64,000 nt of DNA from the human T2T-CHM13v2.0 reference genome, Homo sapiens. The notes under the pieces are model-generated. The model was not told where the DNA came from, did no database searches, and saw nothing but the letters and a program-made list of their open reading frames with translations. The translations under genes were made by a program, and so were the position numbers. Below are positions 54,025-64,000 of the stretch, piece after piece; the first letter of the stretch is position 1; every line of letters begins with the position of its first letter. The stretch is from the NCBI RefSeq assembly GCF_009914755.1, contig NC_060926.1, one strand, 5' to 3'.

Positions 54025-54180
54025 AATTCAGGACTATGAACTAGCTCTAATTCAATTAAGCCCCGAGCTTTGTGTCCTAGGCAAATTACTCATGCTGTTT
54101 CCTCAGTTGTAAAAGAGCAATGACCAACTGCCTTGGAGGTTGGTTACCTGGATTAAATATGTTAATGGATGTAGAGCTCC
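54025..54180 (+). mobile_element. MIR
   Basis: tgtgtcctaggcaaattactc...gtttcctcagttgtaaaa...ggattaaat. Confidence 0.65.
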
Positions 54181-54919
54181 TAAATGGGACACCCCAAAGA
54201 TGGGACACAATTTTATCTCTATGACTCTGTCATTCATGATGTTATTAAATTCAATCTAAAATTAAATCTGTCTATCATGATGACTGCACCACCTCAAAAA
54301 ATACTGCTGTCACATGTGGGTCCATTTCTTCTTTCTGCCCTAGAATTGTGTCTGTGCGATAAAAAGGACTTTGTTCCACCCATATTCCAACCCCAATCTG
54401 CCTGTAGTAAAGACAGATGGCAGCTCAATGGTCTCTAGAATGATCATTCCTATGTTGCATTTGCCCAGAGGATGGGTGGTAAGAAGCACCCTGGACATTT
54501 TCCATCCTAGCCTGCCCCTCTAGGGGTGTGAATGTCCACCAGCCACTTAGAGGTCATATGGTTCTAGAAAGAACCTTTAGTGGTCCACAGCCATCCAGCC
54601 AGATGTTCAATGAGCTGTCAAATTATTGGAGCTTGAGCTCTCAGATGAAGTGTAAGAGTAGAAAGGTCATGAGGGTCCCAAAGATGCTGTGTCTATCTTA
54701 TGCTACTATCCGCCTATATGAATTGACCTCTGAGCCTTCCAAGTGTTCCTCAATCTACACCTTGTAGGCGGTCTGCCTATGCCTGCTGCAGCCCTCCCCA
54801 CCTCCAAGAGTTACCAGAGAGACTCTATAAGCTGGAAACAGTAAACTAAAGCTCAGAGATGTATGGCAGACTCACGTCCCTTTAGACACAACAGTAAACA
54901 CCCCCCCCCCCAAAAAAAA

Positions 54920-55346
54920 ACATAACTCATTTTCTCAGCCACCTTTGCAGCTAGGGGTGAATATGTGATACGAATCTGGCTAATGGGAAGCAAGAGGAAG
55001 GTAATAGGTGAGAATGCTGGGTAAGTTCCATAAAAGGGAGCCGACTCAGCCAGTATGTTCCTTTCAGCCCTGGCCCATTCCCTTCCTCCTGCTAGAAATG
55101 TGAATGAGAGGGTTGGAGGTTGGCAGCCATCTCATGCCCATGAGACAAGCATGCACTAACAATCATGGAAGACAGCAGATAGAAGTAGCCTGCATCTCTG
55201 ATGACATTGTGAAGCTGCTCTCCTAGTCCCAGACTGACTACATCCAGACTTCACATTATGCCAGAAAAACAAAACCTTTCATTGGAATAAGTCAATATTT
55301 TCTTAACATCTAGTACTTAGAGTTGAAAGTAAGTCCTAAGTGATAC
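54920..55346 (+). mobile_element. MLT1J/K-like MaLR LTR
   Basis: ttctcagccacctttgcagctagggg...gcagccatctcatgcccatgag...tccagactt...cctaagtgataca. Confidence 0.75.
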
Positions 55347-55727
55347 AGGATAGTTATTATTGAATAATCAACTGCCCAGTAAGTGATGGAGGAAGGAAGG
55401 ACTTTTTTTCTCCTTTCTTCATCAGTGCTATTCTAGGTTCTGAATAGGAATATTTGGTACTTTGTCAGCATTCAGTATTTACCTACCAATTCTAAGCACA
55501 AAGAAGACAACAGAAATTGTCTGCATAACATCTAAATTCTATTTCCTGGATCCAATTTCACCTTTGTACTTTCCATGACAATTTAAGTCATGACAACTGA
55601 GTGAGATAAAATCTGTAAAAAGCTTTGCACAATGTGTGGCACATTTAATGTGTTCCTTATTTAGTGTAGGAAATGCATTCTGTGAACTGGAGATATAGCC
55701 AAATCTGTGCAGGAAAGGGATATTATC

Positions 55728-55922
55728 TGATTAGATTTCATAGAGATATGTTCCTGAAATCCCAACTTATTACATATTACTAAGAAGTATGGGTTTACTT
55801 AAACTATAGTGTAAATAAACTTGGATTAATAGAAATATATATTATAAAAGGCATACTAATTTTAAAAATTAAATTTGAAAAGTTACATGCTTATTTGGGA
55901 ACTGATGGCTTGAACATAACCA
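55728..55922 (+). repeat. Dispersed direct repeat, copy 1 (~195 bp)
   Basis: Aligns end to end with 59935-60131. Confidence 0.95.
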
Positions 55923-56954
55923 GTGTGGCCCCCATGAGAGCAAGTATTGGTTGTCATTTACTGATAATCTCAAGGCATAACTTAGACTCCACCAAAGCGT
56001 GGCCCCCAGCAAGGGTGCGAAACTGTCCTTGGGGTCTTTACACACTAATGCGTGGTTCTTTCTGCCAATAAAGGACTTGGTGGCACATACTTCCAATAAA
56101 AGGCAGGTTACCCACAATGCAGGTAAGCCGGGAGGGTGGATACCAGGCTCAGGAGTAACTGGAGTGCTGGGGCATCCAAACACAGCTTGCTGGTCAGCAC
56201 TGCTGTCTGTCTCCCCTTTTACACTGTGAAGCTGCTGCAGTGTGTCTGTCTGTCAAAACAGCCAGTTCTGGCTCCAGAGAGAGATTTTTGTTCATGGGCC
56301 TTTTGTTGTTGTTGTTGTTGTTCTTGGAGGTGGTTGAAGAGTTCCTCTGATTTCTCTCAGATAAAGAGCTGCCGACATTGCTTTACAGCTGCACTGGTGG
56401 CTGCCATTGCTAGGTCTAGAGAATGATTTCATGCCTTTTACCACCCAGCTTGATCCTCTCTGCTGTGTTTCTTTGAGACAGATTCAGGCCCTTAACTTAC
56501 ACAGCTTTGTTTGGTTTTTTCCTGCCAGTCATCATGGGCTAAAGTGATTTTCTAGAATATGAAATAAATGGCAAAAAGAGAGGCAACAGAAAAATTAACA
56601 ACCCTCTTTAGTGGAATACATTCAACTCAAGAGAGTTGAGGGTACAGGCTCATTGGCAGAGAGAGTTTGCATCATACAATGCCAGTCTCATTGTCTAAGA
56701 GTGTGCAGAACAATTTCTACTCTGTTTTTGAGCAAAAGTATACAAGAGCACTTAAAACATGGAGATAAATTTATAACAGTAAATTGCAATGGATTTTTCA
56801 TACATGCACACATACATACATCTTCTTAGGGAAAAAGTTCAGAAACAACATAATAAATTAGTACAGTGCAGATTTTATTACACGGAATATATATATATAC
56901 TGACTCCAAAAAGTTATTCATTCCTCTCCCTCTGTAACAAATAAATACTATGTT

Positions 56955-57530
56955 CTTTCTTTCAAAAACATTTGTTAAGGTCTTGTGCCAGGCCTATTGT
57001 TAGAAATTGGAAATTAAAAATGAATAAAACATAAATGCTACCCTCACCTGACAGCAGCGTAGCACATTGGTTAAGACTCTGGAGCCTGACTGCCAAGGTG
57101 GGAACAGCAGCTCTTCCATTTACGACACCTGTGGCTGCAGGCAATTACGTAACCTCTTTGAAACTCAGTATTCTCATCTGCAAAATGGGCATGATAATAA
57201 TACCTACCTTATACGGTTGACATGAAGATTAAATGAGTTAATATTTGTCCTCACTTGGAAGAGTTAGGACATATTATGCATTTTTAAATAGGAAAAATAA
57301 AGGAGTATGTGGTTCAGGAGGAAAAAATAGGTATGTAACATGGTAACTCAAGCAACGTGAAAGTGCTGGGATAAACATGTATTCTGGAAGCCCAAAGAGG
57401 GAAGACACCAGCCCCTAACAGGGAGATCAGGAAGGGCTTCTTAGAGAAGATGAGTGACATGGTCCTAAAACTGCATCTTGCAGGATAAGCAGGAGTTTCC
57501 CGGAGGGACAGAGAAAGAAGCAGAGACTCT
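56955..57530. mobile_element. Antisense L2 interrupted by a near-full-length sense MIR (57052-57270)
   Basis: L2: aacatttgttaagg...tgtgccagg...; MIR: agcgtagcacattggttaagactctggagcctgactgcc...gattaaatgagttaata; L2 resumes gatcaggaagggcttcttagagaag. Confidence 0.78.
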
Positions 57531-58039
57531 GGAATATCCAGGCACCTAATTTGGTTTGGGGTTTGGTTTTTTGTTTGTTTGTTTGTTTGTTTGTTTGCTT
57601 GTCTGGGAACTGACTCCACCTTCCTCCAGGTCCTTGCAGGCCCTACGAGAAGAGACAAGCCCCAACACAAGAGCCCCTTACTGGAGTAGAGCAGAGGTGC
57701 AGGGAGTCTCCCTTTTGAAACCTTGGCCCTGACTCCTCAGTCCTTGGACAATCAGCCATGCTCCCAGCTGTCATCACATCTCACACATGATTGGTATCAC
57801 TGAGCCAATTTCAACCAGAAATGTGCTGCAATGGGATTCCCTGTGGAGGCATCAGAACAGCTGTGCTTTCTCTTAAGTCTGGAGGGCCCCATATTTAGAG
57901 AAGAGGAGAGCAGCTCCCAGGGAGGACTGGGGAGGGTGGGGTGGAGAAAGAAGGGCTCACAGTAAATTCCAGCCTCCGTTGGCTGTCTCTGAGATTCCTC
58001 CCAAAAAACCCAAGCCCAGCCTCAAAGAGAATCAGGTCT

Positions 58040-58412
<373 letters not shown>

Positions 58413-59261
58413 TCAGCACAAGCTCCCCTTTCACTCCACCCTCCTAGCTGTATGTGAATGTGTGAAGAGACTTTTCAGGCATTCAACAAAAGCAGGATCT
58501 CACTCATGAAATTCACATCCTGAAGCCTCACAGGTAGGAAGACTCCAGCCTTCTTCCTTTAAAGCTGAGTTTAAATGTAAGAACTCTTACGGGCAGCAGC
58601 CCTGGACTCACTCTCTCGCCTACCATCTTTCCCTTTTAGCCAAGTGGCTCCTGTAACAATCCTGGCGCCAATTAACTAATGTCCCAGAGGGGATATGAGG
58701 GAGGAGAGGCAGGGAAGGGCGTTAGAGAGGTAGGTCAGCAAAAAAAACAAAACAAAAGCCTGTACAACATTGCTTGATTTCATCTTCTAAAGACCAGCTC
58801 CCAGAGTTCATTAGTTGACACCCATCAGAAAGAAGCAATGCTGGATGAATAACAACATGTTCACCTGGAACTCGGTAATTATATAGCTGCAAGTTGGTAC
58901 CTGCTAACTGTACTTAAGGAGCATTTTGCCTTGGGAGCTGGAGATTTATAGGATTCCCACACCTAGAGGGGCTATTTTACAGCTAACCTTATTCATGGAG
59001 TTCCCCAAATATCTGTACAACATGAACTCAACAACCATGGCACTAATACCTTGGTTCTGTGTAACCCTAGGTATCATGTGCCAACCCCAATAAACTCTTC
59101 TTATTCACACCTTGTCTGACATCAGTTGGGTGAGGAGAACCTCAGAGGAGATCGTAACTATCAGTGAAAGCAAAGTTATTAAATTCACACTAAAATCAAA
59201 ATGGCGATATTGGCCCCATTCTGTGACCAATAACGTTTCTGAAACTATCTAATTTTTAGGT

Positions 59262-59414
59262 GTTATTTTTGTTTGTTTTGTTTGATTTTTCTTTTTTAGC
59301 AACAGGGTTTTGCCATATCGACCAGGCTAGTCTCAAACTCCTGGGCTCAAATGATCCTCCTGCCCTGGTCTCCCAAATCACTGGGATTACAGGCATGAGC
59401 TACTGTGCCCAGCC
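59262..59414 (-). mobile_element. FLAM_C / AluJ left monomer
   Basis: gggttttgccat...aactcctgggctcaaatgatcctcctgcc...gggattacaggcatgagc...cccagcc. Confidence 0.85.
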
Positions 59415-59519
59415 CCAGATTTTCCATCTGTACTGCCTCCTTTCTTCCCCTCCCCTGGTAACAAAAGGTGTGTTCCTAAAATACTCTGGTCAATACTAGT
59501 AAAGGGATTGATCTAATGG

Positions 59520-59912
59520 GGGAGAAGCCAGGAGAGCGTTCTTCCCAGGAGTTTTCTGACTAGATTTGGGAGAAGAAAGCTCTTTTCTTCTCTGATTGTG
59601 AAGACCCAAGCGTAGGAACTAAAGGCTTATGGAGCGGATGGCAGCCATATTCCTCCACCAGGTAGAAATGCTGAGCTGAAAAGATGAGAAACTCTTCCAC
59701 TATAGAGAGAACCAGAGGCAAGAGATGAAGAAGCAAGGACCCCAGCAAGCCCTTACCTTGACTCTCCTCTTGCCTTAGATGAACATCAGCCCTAGAGTTT
59801 AACTTTGATAAACAATAAATTCAAACTTAAAAAAATTAACTTTTTAAACTTTAGTTTGAGTTGGATTGGGTTTCTGTCACTGGGTTTCTGTAGCTACAAC
59901 AGTCTTGACTTC
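59520..59912 (+). mobile_element. MLT1K/L-like LTR
   Basis: ggcagccatatt...aataaatt...agtttgagttgg...gggtttctgtcact...agtcttgact. Confidence 0.6.
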
Positions 59913-59934
59913 TATGATGACTCCAAAATGAATA

Positions 59935-60131
59935 TGATTAGACTTCATAGAGATATGTTCCTGAAATCCTAACTTACTACATATTACTAAGAAATACGGG
60001 TTTAATTATTTAAACTATAGCATAAATAAACTTGGATTAATAGAAATACTTTATAAAAGGTATAATAATTTAAAAAATTAAATTTGGAAAGTTATATCTT
60101 ATTTGGGAACTGCATGGCTTCAACATAACCA
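59935..60131 (+). repeat. Dispersed direct repeat, copy 2
   Basis: Aligns end to end with 55728-55922. Confidence 0.95.
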
Positions 60132-60286
60132 ATAATAGGGGAGGGAAGGTAATTCTAGGCCAGAGATATAATTATAAAATGTTTAGTCTCGACCACTATA
60201 CTAAAAACATGGGTTTTCAGTGCCATATATAACCTACCGATGATGGAAAAAGTGTAAAAAGACTTGTCGTGTCTTCTCATTGATTC

Positions 60287-60650
60287 GTATATTAGAACAA
60301 GCCAGGTTATCTTACAGTAACAACCCCCAAATTCAGTGGCTTAATGCAACAGAGAATTTTGAGCAAGCCGGGTGCTTCCTCAAGGCATCTTTCCCCCATG
60401 TTGTGGCTCAGGGCTCCCAGTTGCTTTAATCTTGCAGTTCTGTCCCTATACCAAAGCCTCCTCCATGATCACAGGCCTGAGGAAAGACAGAGAGAGAGTT
60501 GTGGGCTTTGTACTGCCTCTGCTCACAGATGACCAGAAGCAGGCACATGGCCTTGTCCACGTGCAAAGGGGTCCTGTCTTCCATAGGCCTGGAAGGGGAA
60601 AAGAACTGGATATGGTACTCATAATGTGGGAACTTGTAATATCTACCACA
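60287..60650 (-). mobile_element. Old MLT1 (K/L/N-like) LTR
   Basis: cagtaacaacccccaaattcagtggcttaa...cacatggcc...tgcaaagggg...gaactggatat...tctaccaca. Confidence 0.68.
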
Positions 60651-61214
60651 TCATGCAGTGTATCTTTCCATAGCACAAAAGGGAGCTTAGCCAATACAAA
60701 AGCCAAGTACAGCTTAGAGGAGGACTGAACCAGGAGTGTTTTTTAATAGCCCAGACATATCATGTGCACATAATAAACAACAATCTCATTCCCATTCCCA
60801 AACATCTATTAAACACAGATCCATGATCTCATGGTTCTCAGCACAGGCCTTTTCAAGTTTTACTGTGATTGCCTCTACCCTTAGCAGGACTAAGATCAGC
60901 TGATGGATACAGATAAAAGGGGTATGTGTGAAAGATGACAGACTGTGAATTCATACATTAATAAAAACCAGAAATGGGAACAAAGACCAAACCGGCAGTG
61001 AAGGGTTCCCTATATCTGCCTTCTGATCTCATTCCACTCTCTCCAGCTCCATCTTCTACCCTCAAGAGTCTCTTGCTTTATCCCACTTCGATATTGCAGG
61101 CTAAAAGATAACATTGCTCAAAACCCTGAAAGATAAGGGCCCCAGGACTCCTCTTCCTGTGCCCATCTCATCCTCCAACCCCTCGTCTGTCCAGCACATG
61201 GTTTCTTTCACTCA

Positions 61215-61435
61215 TACATACCAATACCTGAACACCTATTTTGTGCCAGGCACTGCAGCAGGAGCTTTATGTGTCATCTTATTTAATACCACAACATGTC
61301 AGGATGATACTCTTGTGCCCATTTTGCAGATGAGAAGACTGAGAATAACCTAGGCTAACTAGCTTCTGTTCGAGGCTACACATTAATAAATGGCAGTGCT
61401 AGAACCTGTACTCAGGTCTGAGGACTCCAGAGTCA
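61215..61435 (-). mobile_element. MIR
   Basis: tgtgccaggcactg...cccattttgcagatgagaagactgag...caggtctg...actccagagtc. Confidence 0.85.
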
Positions 61436-61466
61436 GACTATGTTATATCTATTGTGCCTTCCTAAT

Positions 61467-62897
61467 TGATATGGTTTGGCTGTGTCCCCACCCAAAGCTC
61501 ACCTTGAATTGTAACTCCATAATGCCCATGTGTCCTGGGAGGAACCCAGTGGGGAAATGATTGAATTATGGGGGTGGGTCTTTCCTGCACTGTTCTCATG
61601 ATAGTGAATGAGTCATGAGATCTGATGGTTTTAAAACTGTGAGTTTCCCTGTACAAGCTCTCCTCTCTTGTTTGCCACCATGAGATGTGCCCTTCACCTT
61701 CCACCATGATTGGGAGGGCTCCTCAGTCACGTGGAATTGAGAGTCCAGTAAACCTCTTTCTTTTGTAAATTGCCCAGTCTTGGGTATGTCTTTATCAGCA
61801 GCATGAGAACAGACTACTACAGTAAATTGGTACCAGTAGAGTGGGGTGCTGCTGAGAAGATAACTGAAAATGTGGAAGCGACTTTGGAACTGGGTAACAG
61901 GCAGAGGTTGGAATAGTTTGGAGAGCTCAGAAGACAGGAAAATGTGGGAAAGTTTGGAACTCCCTAAAGACTTGTTGAATGGCTTTGACCAAAATGCTGA
62001 TAATGATATGGACAATGAAATTCAGGCTGAGGTGGTCTCAGATGGAGATGAGGAACTTGTTGGGAACTGGAGCAAAGGTGACTCTTGTTATGTTTTAGCA
62101 AAGAGACTGGCAGCATTTTGCCCCGGTCCTAGAGATTTGTGGCACTTTGAACTTAAGAGAGATGATTTAGGGTATCTGGCAGAAGAAATTTCTAAGCAGC
62201 AAAGCTTTCAAGAGGTGGCTTTGGTGCTGTTAAAGGCATTCAGTTTTAAAAGGGATACAGAGCATTAAAGGTTGGAAAATTTGCAGCCTGGCTATGCAAC
62301 AGAAAAGAAAAACCCATTTTCTGAGGAGAAATTCAAGCTGGCTGCAGAAATTTGCATAAGTAACAAGGAGCCAAATGTTAATCCCCAAAACAACAGGGAA
62401 AATGTCTCCAGGGCATGTCAGAGGTCTTCACAGCAGCCCCTCCCATCACAGGCCTGGAGGCCTAGGAGGAAAAAGTGGTTTCATGGGCCAGGGCCAGGGT
62501 CCCTGTGCCGTGTGCAGCCTAGGGTCTAGTGCCCTGCATCCCGGGTGCTCCAGCCATGTTTGAAAGGGGTCAATGTAACGCTCAGGCCATGGCTTCAGAG
62601 ACTGCAAGCACCAAGCCTTGGCAACTTCCATGTGCTGTTGAGTCTCCAAGTGCACAGAAGTCAAGAATTAAGGTTTGGGAACCTCCACCTAGATTTCAGC
62701 AGATGTATGGAAATGCCTGAATGTCCAGGCAGAAGTTTGCTGCAGGGGCAGGGTGCTCATGGAGAACCTCTTTTAGGGCAGTGTGGAACTGTAAGTTCCC
62801 AGCCATGTGGAACTGTAAGTCCGTTAAACCTCTTTCTTTTGTAAATTGCTCAGTCTCTGGTATGTCTTTATCAGCAGCATGAAAATGGACTCATACA
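61467..62897 (+). mobile_element. THE1 (B/C-like) provirus: 5' LTR, partial internal region and 3' end of the 3' LTR
   Basis: LTR tgatatggtttggctgtgtccccaccc...gactactaca at 61467-61821; THE1-int gtaaattggtaccag... to ~62788; 3' LTR remnant to 62897; 5-bp TSD ctaat. Confidence 0.95.
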
Positions 62898-62978
62898 CTA
62901 ATCATTGCTTTTGTTTTCATTTAGCAAGCATTCAGAGAATGCCTATAATATGTTCCATACAATCACAAGAATAAACAA

Positions 62979-63265
62979 GGCCAAGTACAGTGGCTCACTC
63001 CTGTAATCCCAGCACTTTTGGAGGCCAAGGCAGGAGGATCACTTCAGTGCAGGAGTTTGAGACCAGCCTGGGCAACATAGTGAGACCCCATCTCTACAAA
63101 AAAAATTTGTATAAATATTAGCCAGGTGTGGTGGCGTATGCCTGTAGTGTCCCAGTTACTCAGGAGGGTAAGGCAGGAAGACGGCTTGGGCCCAGGAGTT
63201 TGGGGTTACAATGAGCTATGATTACACCACAGCACTCCAGCTCCCATCTCTGAAGAAAAAAATAT
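62979..63265 (+). mobile_element. AluJ inserted in an antisense L2
   Basis: J diagnostics ggcaacatagtgagacc and ttacaatgagctatgatt; flanks carry L2 motifs (cattcagagaatgcctata... and tgccttcaagttgctcacagt). Confidence 0.9.
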
Positions 63266-63849
63266 ATATATGAAGACAGATCTGCCTTCAAGTTGCTCAC
63301 AGTTTAAATCAATGCCTCACATGTGGTGGTAAAGATCTGCCTACAAGGCTTGGTATCCCAGAGGTTACAGGTGTAATCTCCCTGGAGGCATGAAGAAGGT
63401 TTCAGAGAGGAGCTGACATTGACTGTTCTGAGGAGGAAAACTTGGTGGCCAGAGGGTAGATAAGAGGGAGAATTTTCACTGTGCACCCTTTTGTGTCTTT
63501 TGGACATCAGGCCCCCAGTGGGATGATACCAGCATGTGGAGAGAGGGGTGAGAGGCCCCCAGTGAGAGGACATAGGTCACGCATGCTCTCTGCTGCCCAC
63601 AGCTACCACCACACCCCAGCATTTGTGCAGCCCTTCATTTTCAGCCAGAAGGCCAGGCAGTTGGGACTTTGGCCAAGATTAAGTCTCTTCAAACAAGTGG
63701 CTGCTATGAAGATGTGGCCAAGAACACTAAGAAAGGATGAGAACAGCCCCTCCAGGGGCCTTGGGTGTCCTTCGAAGCTCCCATGTGAAAGCTATAAGAG
63801 TTGCCTTGAAGTAGAGGAAGACTGGCTCCAGAAACAGGAATAATCTAGT

Positions 63850-63962
63850 GCAGTGGTCTCAAGGTGTGGTGTCAAAAACCAGCAGCAGCATCACCCCCTG
63901 GAAATTTGTTAGAAATGCAGATTCTCAGGCTCCACTCCAGACCTACTGAATCAGAGACTCAG
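63850..63962. mobile_element. MER5A hAT MITE
   Basis: cagtggtctcaaggtgtggt...cagcagcatcac...ttgttagaaatgcagattctcaggctccactccagacctactgaatcagagactc. Confidence 0.88.
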
Positions 63963-64000
63963 TATCAGTATTTAATCTATGGAGGAATTCTACTCTAGAA

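Noticed and set aside
57920-57941. Canonical G-quadruplex motif
   Set aside because: Isolated and very common genome-wide, with no supporting context
61870-62844. 132-aa and neighbouring ORFs
   Set aside because: Degenerate THE1 internal ORF, not a host gene

Overview
Repeat-rich primate (human-like) genomic DNA, intergenic or deep-intronic. No protein-coding gene, processed pseudogene, RNA gene or CpG island can be supported. The listed ORFs are explained by Alu, L1, LTR and low-complexity sequence. The window holds about 14 Alu/FLAM copies (AluJ, AluS, one AluY), several L1s (a nested L1MC/L1MA pair, an internally deleted L1MA with a monomer-repeat 5' end, and a young 5'-truncated L1PA), many LTRs (MER41A, THE1 with internal sequence, MSTA, MLT1/2, MER74-like, MER89/90-like), hAT MITEs and MIR/L2 relics. 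The most unusual items are: a ~3.3 kb strand-asymmetric purine array with a cryptic ~14-15 bp unit; a 40-bp fold-back inversion plus inverted L1 fragments at the 5' junction of the L1PA inside that array; two further fold-back scars (a perfect 30-bp palindrome in MSTA and a micro-inversion in an AluS); a dispersed ~195-bp duplication of non-repeat-looking DNA; a possible RTE-clade LINE fossil; and a few motif clusters (RFX X-box, NF-kB/AP-1). Subfamily names come from recalled consensus features, not from a database run. I cannot support a wholly new biological system here.
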